DNA from: Eimeria praecox
Taxonomy: Eukaryota
Reading direction: 5' to 3'
DNA length: 64,000 bases
Assembly (NCBI GenBank): GCA_963920595.1
Contig: OY986947.1
Span: 124,001 to 188,000 of the forward strand
In this document: positions 39,601-51,100 of the stretch, one piece after another
How the letters are laid out: each line of letters begins with the position of its first letter
Position numbering within the stretch: position 1 is the first letter of the stretch
Position numbers and translations under genes: made by a program
The notes under the pieces: generated by a model
What the model was told of the DNA's origin: nothing
Databases searched by the model: none
Seen by the model: the letters and a program-made list of their open reading frames with translations, nothing else

Positions 39601-40207
39601 TCTGCGTGTGGCGGATTCGCACCTCCTGCAACCGCTCACGACAGCCTACGCAATCTCCGCCGTTCATCAAGGATGGAGGACGGGATGCTGCGAAGCATAT
39701 CTAGTTCGTGCGTGGAGCATAACCTTTTCCGGAATGTTGCAGTAGGTGTTTCTACTATGAACGCATTTCTGTCGAGAAATACACAGAAGGTCCATGAGAT
39801 CGCGACCCAAGTTGCGCCTGCACTTGTGTATGCACAGCTCATAACCGTAACTCAATGGCTGCCTTTCACGCATGCAGAACGCAATCCGGATCCACTCCAG
39901 ATAAAAGCTACTGTTCAAAACGTGCATTTTGCCAAACCAAAATGCGGACGCTCCAACCACGATGGCAGCACGCCAGCGGCAAGCTGAATAATGCTGCTTC
40001 CACACGTTATATGCTAAACCTTTGCGTACACTATATACCCTAATACACTGTAGTCCACCACAATATCGCTGACACCGCGCAGCGCAGTCCACCATTAGAT
40101 CCGCTAAGCAGTAGCCTAGTTGCAAAGCGTTGGGCACCAATCCTTAGGGCGTTCTTGCTCGTCATTCTGCTCAGTTGCTATCGCGCTTAACCAATCGCAT
40201 CGCGAAC
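24648..40207. repeat. Array C core: four near-identical units plus a partial fifth
   Basis: The anchor ttctgtgcgcctcttcaagg occurs at 24895, 29003, 32411 and 35818 (periods 4108, 3408, 3407). The fourth unit ends ~39605 and jumps into a partial copy, 39607-40207. The same ORF set recurs in every unit. Confidence 0.97.
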
Positions 40208-41351
40208 GTCCGCGAGCAGCTCACGGATACACGATGCATGACATCCAAGACCTAACACAGCTGCAGCAGCATGTAAAGGAACCACCATAAGGAAACGCGT
40301 AGTCGTAGTATTTTGCAGTGTGCAGTTGTAGCTGCTAAAAACAAATATATCGGGATGCTTGGTGGTTTATTGATGCATTTCCACATCTGCAGCATGTGCT
40401 TGCCTACGCAACAGGCCCGCTTGCCGCCTAAAGTAGCAGGCATCTCAGCGCTGTCAAGCGCTTATAGCTGTCTCAAGTGCATCATCACAATATGATGCGC
40501 CGCCTCCACAATGTATGTCAAGTTCCGGAACACCATTTCAAAAAGTGTGAGACTAGCGTCCCGCATGCTGCACAGAAATACGGCAGCTGATACTACCAGA
40601 TAATTTGCCTAGTCTCTATTCCATGCTCATGGGGGGATTTGTAAGCCGTACAACCTGAAACGCGTATATAAATTCCCCTTTCCATCCAACTGCAGTCTGC
40701 AGGCACTCGAGCGAGGCTGGCTCTGTGGCGGTGCTCGCAATTGTTGGGAGACAATTACCAGGAAAAAAGCTGGATAGACTGCTCCCGCCATTATATACAC
40801 CCATTGTAGCCTGCCACACTACACGAAACGCTCTGCTCTTGTTCTTCGCACTCCCAGTAAACGCTCGAAAACGAACGAAGCCTTCCCTTTACACTGTCTA
40901 TGTGCCGCCCAACTTTTGCACTCCCCACTTCGTTTTTAGTAGGCTCCATCCTTCGAGTGCTCTTTGTGTCGACTCAGCGAACTCACCAGTGGCCAGAAGC
41001 AGCAGCTTTAGTCCCATTACGGACTTGGGGCCAACGAGATAAAGAAAGCAACCCTGCAGCTGTAGTTTGTGGCACACCGATGCAGCTACTATTACCTAGC
41101 GGGCCTACGCAGAAGCTCTTTGCTGGCATGCTAAAGGCGGATCCACCGCGTGCAGTTGTGCTCTAGCAACTCCTAGCTGCCAAACAAATCCCCTGCACGG
41201 TCGCACTCTCAGCCTGGTAATTTCGAAAAAGCTCGGTGGGCGCTAACTGCCCAGGAACCGCATCGGCAAACCCTTGAAGCAAACCACCTGAGAAGATCCT
41301 CTGCAGCAATTACTATCGAACTAAGTACGCCCCACATGCTCCGGCATCCAC

Positions 41352-42107
41352 TCACCCCCCTCTTCCCTGTTCCCCAGCTACTATTGTTACCAATACTCTG
41401 CAAAAGGCGCTGGTAAGCCACGTATTTAAATTTTTACGTGCATGGCGATTCGCACGATCACATATCTGCGGAGCGTAGACCCACACGTCAAGTCTGGCGC
41501 CATGGCTGCGCTGTCGTCCGTTCATGCCGCTTGGCGAATTCTTCAATATATCTTCTATACGAAACTCAATGGGCAATGAGAAGAGCAGCAGCACTCCATT
41601 TCCGCATCTCAAGGCAACGCACTGTGCATTTCATCTTATGGGAGGCTGCAAAGAAGTTACTTTAGCTTGTAAACGCACCTTCTTTGTTCCGCGTACCCAT
41701 GTGACGGGGTATTGTGATAGTCAGCTAGCCCACAGCTTCCGGTGCTCTCCGTCGACAAGCTTTTGCATACTTAGGAGGTGACAGAAGAGTACAAATACGC
41801 GTATCGGGAACCGCCTCAGGCATGCAGTACATTCGCGTATGCACTGCCGCTGTGCTTCTTTGCTAGGTATGAATCCTACGACCCAAGAAGCAGCCTGTGG
41901 GGTATGGAACAACCATTTATCAGAGGGGGACGTAACGCTTCTTGTCATGAGCTTTGCAGGACTCGGCTGCTTAAAATGAGCAACCGCATTGCAGCGTGTA
42001 CAAATGCGGACGACGGTAGACTCAGCAACGCCTCGTTCCCCAAGGTGCAACCAAAGCAGAGGGATATTGAACAAGTAGAACCTTCTATACTGTGCTGTGC
42101 TGCCCAA
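41352..42107 (-). pseudogene. Array C reading-frame remnant (~250 codons, two internal stops)
   Basis: ORFs 41721-42107 and 41352-41612 are in one frame. The motif RRFYLFNIPLLWLHL corresponds to RPFYLLNIALCWGHL (44298-44489) and RSFYLFNIVERWWSL (~28310). Confidence 0.6.
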
Positions 42108-42519
42108 GGATGGCTCCCCTTTACCAGCCTGACGGATATTCTGCTGATCATCTCCTAACCTTCCAAGCAGCTTGTGCAGGCTTCCGATATGGCACTGGTA
42201 CTAAGCAGCTAAAACATCCTGAAACGGGAGGTGTAGCTTTCGAAGAGTGGAAGAGGCGTGCTGTTCATTGATTACCCTCACTGCCAGGCTAGTTCTGTGT
42301 GTGCGCTATTTCCCAGAGCACTCTACCCCACCGAGATATTCGTAACATTGCCCACTCCACTAGTCGCAAGTTAGTGCTCCATCGCTAACACAGCAACCAT
42401 TTGGAAGTGTTCGATATTTATCCCAAGGCTGCCCACGCTATGCATTTTGCCCAGTGCATCTAGCAGGAACCCCTGGAAGGCAGGGCTGCCCCAACGAAGC
42501 AGATGCCACCTGAACAGAC

Positions 42520-42948
42520 CTAGCGTTTAAGCAACCACACTATGGAACCTTGGAACCAGATGACGTTTACTTCACGGATGACATCCAAGACCTGACACAG
42601 CTCCAGCAGCGTGTAAAGGAACCACCATAAGGAAACGCGTAATCGTAGTATTTTGCAGTGTGCAGTTGTAGCTGCTAAAAACAAATATATCGGGATGCTT
42701 GGTGGTTTATTGATGCATTTCCACATCGGCAGCAAGTGCTTGCCTACGCAACAGGCCCGCTTGCCGCCTAAAGTAGCAGGCATCTCAGCGCTGTCAAGCG
42801 CTTATAGCTGTCTCAAGTGCATCATCACAATATGATGTGCCGCCTCCACAATGTATGTCAAGTTCCGGAACACCATTTCAAAAAGTGTGAGACTAGCGTC
42901 CCGCATGCTGCACAGAAATACGGCAGCTGATACTACCAGATAATTTGC
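42520..42948 (-). pseudogene. Array C reading-frame remnant (~140 codons, one internal TAA)
   Basis: ANYLVVSAAVFLCSMRDASLTLFEMVFRNLTYIVEAAHHIV...WWFLYTLLELCQVLDVIREV. Substitutions against the core paralogue avoid codon position 2 in the segment checked. Confidence 0.6.
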
Positions 42949-44215
42949 CTAGTCTCTATTCCATGCTCATGGGGGGATTTGTAAGCCGTACAACCTGAAA
43001 CGCGTATATAAATTCCCCTTTCCATCCAACTGCAGTCTGCAGGCACTCGAGCGAGGCTGGCTCTGTGGCGGTGCTCGCAATTGTTGGGAGACAATTACCA
43101 GGAAAAAAGCTGGATAGACTGCTCCCGCCATTATATACACCCATTGTAGCCTGCCACACTACACGAAACGCTCTGCTCTTGTTCTTCGCACTCCCAGTAA
43201 ACGCTCGAAAACGAACGAAGCCTTCCCTTTACACTGTCTATGTGCCGCCCAACTTTTGCACTCCCCACTTCGTTTTTAGTAGGCTCCATCCTTCGAGTGC
43301 TCTTTGTGTCGACTCAGCGAACTCACCAGTGGCCAGAAGCAGCAGCTTTAGTCCCATTACGGACTTGGGGCCAACGAGATAAAGAAAGCAACCCTGCAGC
43401 TGTAGTTTGTGGCACACCGATGCAGCTACTATTACCTAGCGGGCCTACGCAGAAGCTCTTTGCTGGCATGCTAAAGGCGGATCCACCGCGTGCAGTTGTG
43501 CTCTAGCAACTCCTAGCTGCCAAACAAATCCCCTGCACGGTCGCACTCTCAGCCTGGTAATTTCGAAAAAGCTCGGTGGGCGCTAACTGCCCAGGAACCG
43601 CATCGGCAAACCCTTGAAGCAAACCACCTGAGAAGATCCTCTGCAGCAATTACTATCGAACTAAGTACGCCCCACATGCTCCGGCATCCACTCACCCCCC
43701 TCTTCCCTGTTCCCCAGCTACTATTGTTACCAATACTCTGCAAAAGGCGCTGGTAAGCCACGTATTTAAATTCTTACGTGCATGGCGAATCGCACGATCA
43801 CATATCTGCGGAGCGTAGACCCACACGTCAAGTCTGGCGCCATGGCTGCGCTGTCGTCCGTTCATGCCGCTTGGCGAATTCTTCAATATATCTTCTATAC
43901 GAAACTCAATGGGCAATGAGAAGAGCAGCAGCACTCCATTTCCGCATCTCAAGGCAACGCACTGTGCATTTCATCTTATGGGAGGCTGCAAAGAAGTTAC
44001 TTTAGCTTGTAAACGCACCTTCTTTGTTCCGCGTACCCATGTGACGGGGTATTGTGATAGTCAGCTAGCCCACAGCTTCCGGTGCTCTCCGTCGACAAGC
44101 TTTTGCATACTTAGGAGGTGACAGAAGAGTACAAATACGCGTATCGGGAACCGCCTCAAGCATGCTGAACATTCTCGTACGCACTACCGCTGTGCTTCTT
44201 TGCTAGGTATGAATC

Positions 44216-45530
44216 AAACGGCCCAAGGAGCAAGCTGTGGTGTGGCCATTTATCAGAGGGAGACATAGCGCGTCTTCGCGAGAAGCTGCGAGCGTCACTA
44301 CTGCGCAACAGCTGCATTACACCGCGCACAGATGTGCCGGAAGGCTCTCATAAAGGTGCAGAGTTCCACAAGATGCCCCCAACACAGAGCAATATTTAGC
44401 AGATAAAACGGTCTACGTTGTCGCAGCCGAACATTATGCACCCTCCCCAACCGGGCCAATATATGGCTTATCACTCCGCAGCTTTCCAAGCGGCGCCTGC
44501 AGGATAATATTACGAGATTCCCATTAGGTCAACGTGGTCTGCTCATGCAGTCGGGGCACATCGTTTCCAATGCTTATAAATATGTTTGCTGCCACCTTTA
44601 CGCATCAATGCGAAGCCGGGGGGTCATATTGCTTTTGCCACCTTCATAGCGTAAAGCCGCTTCAAGCTTGTCGGCACGTATACATGAATGTTGCATACTC
44701 CATGAAAATGTGACCCCCTCTGCTGAGTCCCTCCCGGCCAGTTCAATATTTCTGTCGCTCAATGCGCCTCGTCAAGGCGTCGTACTGGTGCAGCGTGCTC
44801 GCTGAAGACAGGGAGCGCGTCAGGCCGTGCACTACCTTGGCCGTTCACGAGAGGAGATAAAATGTTGCCTGAAGCGAATGACAGCAAACAACGGCATTAT
44901 GCCAAGCCCTATTAGTAGTGAATGGCTGCCACAGAAAGAGTCGAGATGAGCCAACGGCTGTTCCGCAAGCATAGCGTGCGCATGGCAGCATTTGAAACTG
45001 ACAGTCTGATCCGTGCGCCTACCAGTACTTCCTACTGTTATGCTTCGCACTTGGCTGATTCCTGTTACAACTACCCGCCTTCACAGCACGCTGTCTATTA
45101 ACATGTTTGAATGAAGAGCAGCTGCGGAGACGCTGTAGCATATCCTCAAGTACGCCGGATCAAATTTAGCATCGGCAAACAGTTCACCACGGATCCAGCA
45201 CCTTCCTTGCCAACAAGCACAGCTCCATAAAACTATCAAATGCGGAAACCTGAAGCGCATACGAGCGGCAATATTTGAATTACTCTTGTCAGGTGGTAGT
45301 GAAAATGCCACACGGATTTAGAAGGAGGTTTTCCCGCTTGAGCGCATACGCTGCCGGTTGGGCACGATACAGCATGCTTAGCGCAGTTTGCTGTGTGCCT
45401 CGATTGCTTACTTCCTGGAGATTCTAGTGTGCTCAAAACGCGTGCATTATCAAACGTTCTTCGCCTACCTGCACACCGCGTAATTACATTTGTAAGCTGC
45501 AAGATCTCGACTAAAATGCTGCGCATTCAA
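44216..45530 (-). pseudogene. Array C right edge: diverged copy
   Basis: tgcgcctcgtcaaggc ~44763 vs tgcgcctcttcaaggc ~24900; catttgaaactgac 44989 vs 25203; gcaaacagttca ~45176 vs gcaaacagctca ~25382. Confidence 0.7.
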
Positions 45531-46372
45531 ACATATCAGCCTACGGTCAAACACCACCTCGGCGCCAGCTGATTGCATGGTATGTTCTCCGATGTGAATA
45601 CTGTTGGTTTCTACCCCTTGAATACATTTGTCTCACAATCGCAACCCCGCTCAGCGTGCCCCCGTTGAGGGAAGAATTAGATTTCACTCATTGAGAAACG
45701 TCCGAAGCCAAAGTAGCACCGTTGCCTTCCGTTATTTCCAGATGCATTCTCCCAGAGTACAAAGTTCACCTAACAAGCGCAGCTTTAGTGGCGCCTATGC
45801 AAAGGTCAGGATGCCAGATAGCGCTTCGATTGCAAAGGAATTCCAACAGAATTCCATAAATGTCATTTGATTGGCCTGTATGGCCTCATAGGATGCGGGC
45901 TGTAGTTGACGCTGCAAGGTGTGCGAAGGTTACTGCGCGTTACACAAAATGAGCCAATAAGATCTCTGGAGGAACATATTGCTTGCCCATGTCAAAAGTG
46001 AGATGTTGCATCCCCGCAGACTGTTGATGGCAAGCGCCTTGTGGCCATTCGTCAAAGTGTCTCCTTATAACGCTTATGATTCTGGATCATACCAATGACT
46101 GGGTACCCTATGGCGCTCCTAAACGCTTTTGCGCAAACCAGTAACTAGCACCTATGCAGGATGGTGGCCAGAAACCAACACACAGATTGCAGGGACAATA
46201 GGGATGCAAGGCATGATTCCCAACCATTTTCTGATACGATCCACTAGTTAGAGACTCCTGCGCAGGGTACAGATTAGCTTAACAGATATCTGTGGAGGCT
46301 TGCACTTTCACCGGCGCAACCGCCAACGACTGCCGACGGATGCCCATACAGAATAGCACCAAATCACTGTTG

Positions 46373-46373
<1 letters not shown>

Positions 46374-46442
<69 letters not shown>
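46374..46442. repeat. Compound microsatellite (TA)20(GA)14
   Basis: Read directly. Confidence 0.98.
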
Positions 46443-46443
<1 letters not shown>

Positions 46444-48104
46444 ATGGTAACTGTGAAACCTGGAGATGGTCGTAGAAACCGCCAAGAGGAACCAGCCACA
46501 AAGTGCGCATTCTTCCCGCCTTAGAAGCCAGGTTTCATGCCCAAAAGCTACCGCATAAAGCATCGCCTGAGATACGTTCCCCAGACTCGCATATGGTAGA
46601 ATATCTACTAACAAGACGAGCTGCAAAAAGCCTCCATGAAAGGCTGGGCTAAGGATGCTGCGATAAACGCTAACCTGCCGCAGTCAACTGCCTGCAAAAC
46701 ATGTAATACTTGCGTGCGCCACTTCCTGCACTGCGACCAAAACTTCCAAGGGTTCCAAACTACTAAGCACCAAGCGAAACACTTCTAGCGTCAATCCTGT
46801 TCAAAATTAGCGCTGCGCTTCCTACCGTCCGCCAGCGCAGTGTGCAAAGCAACAGCATGGAGCAGCACACGAAATACAGGTGGTCCGATCACGGTAGGAG
46901 CCAGTGAGTCTGTGCAGCAGCTTTGGAAAGCTTTGTTCACGATTAATTGGGTTGCCGTCGGGCTAATGCACTTTTTTTGTCGCGGGTCTGTACTGGTGGT
47001 CAGTATTCTAATACGCATACTCTGCTGTTCTCCGATGAAGAGCCAGAATGCCATAGGCATTTCTATTTATTTGCTTTTCCGCTTTTCCCGGTTGCAAACG
47101 TTAGACTCACAAACGCCTTATCCTGCCCCACGACAGTCCTCCACCTTTTCTTTAATATGGGCTACTTCTAATGCGTGTCCGCCAGCTCACGCGTGAATGT
47201 TGAAGTGCATTAACACAACCACAGTTTGTTGTGTTGTTCCTTTTTGTAGCACCTCTAGCGGTAAGCTGCAGAACCCTCGGCCTTAACCGGCAACTCGGCA
47301 TATTTGAAGGCAGCCCTAGAGGAATCCAAGGCCTTTGGGCCTTAGATTACACGTTACTCTGCTCTATCCACGATAGCCACAAAATGCCAAATACCAACAA
47401 CATTGCACAAGAGTTAATACGAGGTTTTCTAGGTTTGCATTATGCGCAGAACTCCAGGAATCCGTACCCACAAGCTCTAAGCGACCTTGATGGGTGATGG
47501 ATATCGCGCCACCCGCCTCAGGCGTTGTGTCAAGTCAAATTCAGAGTTGCTTTTGCAACCACGAAAGACGCTCTCAGCTAATGCAGGCTTTCTTGTTCAC
47601 GTAGTACACGTATAGGAAGTCCAACGGCACGCCACAAGTGAGGGAAAAGGCCCTAATGCAGGAACTCCCCACCCCCAGCGGTAGTGTATTTTCTTCTGAT
47701 TACAATGCTTTTCACGTTGCTCTCGGATCGCTCCAGTATCTGTCAATGCAGTATGCTCACCACTCTCAAAGTGAAATATGTGAATGACTAAAGGCTTCCC
47801 GCCATCTTAGCAGCACTATCGGTAGAGCAGAAACCCTCAACCCGCGACGTGCATAGCAAGGTGCTTCCCCCATCCGCTGCGGTCCCTGCAACACACGTTG
47901 GGGGGCAACGCCCGCTCAGAGGTAGAGGATTGCGACCCCAGCTAATATGCCAAAGATAACGTACAAACTGTAGGTGTCCACTGGAGTGGTTACCACTTGA
48001 CGTGTACGCGCGAATTGTATTATTATTATTGAATTACTGTAAATACTACGTCCAGCGTACGCACAGAAGCACTTTGGAAGGCTCCCCAAAGGGCTGCTCC
48101 GAGC

Positions 48105-48135
48105 GGAAGACGTACCGTTACTCGGTACGTCTTCC
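48105..48135. other. Perfect 13-bp inverted repeat with a 5-nt loop
   Basis: ggaagacgtaccg-ttact-cggtacgtcttcc. Confidence 0.95.
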
Positions 48136-48149
48136 TCACTAGCCAACTA

Positions 48150-51100
48150 TCAGGGGGTCTTCTCAAGTGCAGATACCGCAGGACTAGCTTTGAGAACGAA
48201 TATATTTCGGTACTCTGTAAACGGCTCACCGAGCCTACTAATTTCTGTATGCGTTGCATGCGCAACTTAACGTAAACCTGTTAGCACTGTTAGCACACTC
48301 TAGGCGGCGTTATCGCCCTGTGGTACTTCAATATATCCCATAAGCACGCATGCCAGACAGTTGGCATATACTTCAAAACTCATAAATTGAATGTTCTTCG
48401 CATTGCCACAAGCCAGAAGGAGGCGAAAATAGCGTGGGGACAGCGCAGAGTATGCCGATGCAACGCTCTTTTTTGAGGCCGCATTCCATCCAAGGGACAC
48501 TGCAAAAAGTTCACCCCTGCCAACCCTCCACCTCTAAATGAAGTCCCCAGGCCATAGATCAGACCCTGGACTGACATTAACGATCGTCTTGCTGCAGCTG
48601 CGGCGAACCCGGCGTTCGCATACCTACGCCCATGCCACGCAGTCCAAAAAGCGTTCAACTATGCTGCACGCACTCTCAACGAACGAGGCAACGCCTCTGG
48701 CCTGCATATTACAGTGACAAGCATGCATGCTTTGCATTGGTCCCTTCGTACTTGTTCGCTCACCTGCCGCCTTTGATCACAGGGAGGTACAACACCTTCA
48801 GCCCCCAGGTCTGGAACAGTCATAAGACTCAGACGTTTGGTGATGCGGCTCTTGCTCCTTAGTGCACCCTATTCAGCATGCGCAGATAAAACTCCAAACG
48901 CCTCAAACGAATTGATTACTCCTTCTTGTTGGCATTTCTTTGCACCCCCAGCATCTTTATTCTGCTGAGCACGCCGGCCCGGGCGACAGGGACAGTGAAC
49001 AACCATTATAAGCCAAAGCACTGGGCACCCCTGAACAATGTTCAGGCTTGTAAAAGGTCCTATCCGCTCCTCACGTCGTTCAAGCTCACCGCCTGCGCCA
49101 CGCCATGGCCACCAAACGCATTAGGGAGCTTATGGTGCGCGGCCACTCCACTTCTCATGCTCCATCTCTTCGATTAGTGCTTCAGTACAATCTCCACTGC
49201 ACAGATTCCAGCATCCGTTGTCGAGCAAACCGATCTCTGCATTCATTATAGGCAAGCGTCCATCTTACGCGTATTGCTTTGATCGCGCGCGTACCACGTT
49301 TGCTATGCTTGTGGCCCTAGCGGCAGACTAATCAAAACGACCCCGCCAAACCTTGGCATTTCCCAACACACGCCCACTGCTCTTCAGCTGCAGCATTAGC
49401 ACATGGTTTGCCAACCCTGAAGTACTCACCAATGCACACTGATTAACACTTCACGACAGTCAATAGCGGAAGCCAAAGGGGCAAAGCAAAGCATGCCCAG
49501 ACGATAATGGTGAATGAATTGTTTCTGCGGAAGGCCCTTCGTCTTGAGGGGCAAACACCTCATCTAAACTCTATAGCCAATACATAGCAGCGTAGAAGCA
49601 GTGCGATTGCAGCGCCACATCCAACTCCCTGACCGGCACAAGCTGACATTTGGGAGCGGCTGCTGCTGCCCTGATACTCCCGTGCCACACAGCTCGCCAG
49701 GCAGAACGAGCCTCCCACTGTCCTAGGCGCTGTCCTAAAAAAGGGACCATTGCGAATAAAAGGCCACAGGCCTGCAGTGTGGCTGTCACGCATGCTGGGC
49801 GTTCGGTCCCTGCGTACCACTCTTCACACCCTCAAGCGCTCCCTCAGACAGCCGCAGCATTTCCTTCACAGCTAATAACTCTAACAGACCCAGGAACTCC
49901 AGCATTCCAAGATGACTAATCTTTGCTCCGCAGCCACCCAAAACACGCCGGTGTCGCCACCCTTGCTCCTTAGCGGACGACGTGCAACACAACGCTTAGA
50001 CACCAGCAGCCCCAAACGAGTTGTCTATTTTCTATAAAGGGCACTTCTCGCGCCCACAGAGCGCGTGCTCCGTGCAGTACGCGGCCTGGGGCAACACGCA
50101 GCAACCTACGAGCACACCAGCGCTCATAGCATTCGATCCTTCAATAACGGTTCCTGCCGAAACTTGTAGAACAGCATTCTCAGCCGTTTACTGAGTTCGA
50201 ACGTACCTTCTGCGCCACCGCAAGCCCGTCAAACGCATTTGACCAGATACGGTCCACTTCGACTCCACTGCTCAAAATGCACCTCCGCGAGCACTGGACT
50301 ACTCCAGCATCCACTGGACAAACCCCAGCAGCTGCTCCGTAACAAACCGGCGTCACCACGCACGCAGCACACGCACATAACTTTGACTTCACGTATACAA
50401 CGTTTCGTGTGTATGCCGCCCTAACTGCAGACTAGTCGAAACAACCCCTCTGACCCTCTGTATTTCATACCACGCTCCCACTGCAGTCCAGCCACAGTAT
50501 TATCCCACTGTTTGCTTAACACTGAAATACCCACCAATGCACTCCGGTTAGCACTCGAGGGGTGTTAGCTGCTGACGGTGAAGGGCCTACACGCAGCACG
50601 GACGAAGCATATCGATAAAGGCTTTTCTCCAACAAAGCAGACGCCATCTGGAGATACAAGGGCCGCATCACAAGGCTATAGCCAATGAGCAGCGATGCGC
50701 GTGCAGCGCCGCATTCATCTCCATGATCGGCACAAACTGGCATTTGGCAGCGGCTACTACTTTCGTGGTGGGGTTAGCCCAAACCGTTCTCCATCCAGTA
50801 CAACAAGATTGCCCCTTCCCTACTCGCGCTCCTAACAAAGGGATCATTGCAAAACAACGGATGTCCAATGCACTTAACGCGCCCGCTGCACGTTGGGCTG
50901 ACTTGCACCTCTTCTGGGCACCGTCCTTCGGACACCCCGGTACACCTCCTTCAATTCGTGCAGGACCTGCGCTATTGCAGTACTACTAATGGACAACTAT
51001 TTTTACTAGGTAGTCCACACACACCGGCGTTGGGGTCCCGCTCGATAAGGTCCCCCATGCAACGAACAGCTAGAGCCCCTCCCGTCTCAAACGAATTTGA

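Larger units (their letters stand above)
40238..44215. repeat. Array C subtype: direct repeat with a 2340-bp period, paralogous to the core unit
   Basis: 40238-41875 is near-identical to 42578-44215. Both are homologous, at lower identity, to ~26530-28110. Confidence 0.95.

Noticed and set aside
13364..42948. Stop-codon reassignment making these arrays intact genes
   Set aside because: TAG/CAG (40252 vs 42592) and TGA/TGG (~3910) pairs exist, but the TAA at 13823 aligns with TAC. Many non-triplet indels and unit lengths also break the frames.
24648..45530. Tandem retrotransposons or other mobile elements
   Set aside because: I saw no reverse transcriptase, integrase, gag zinc-knuckle or transposase motifs, and no LTRs, TIRs, poly(A) tails or TSDs. 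Very decayed elements cannot be excluded without an HMM search.
46454..46537. 10-bp inverted repeat tgaaacctgg/ccaggtttca and assorted short palindromes (e.g. 18598-18613, 48719-48732, 57587-57598)
   Set aside because: Several of this size and spacing are expected by chance in 64 kb, and some are by-products of short tandem motifs.
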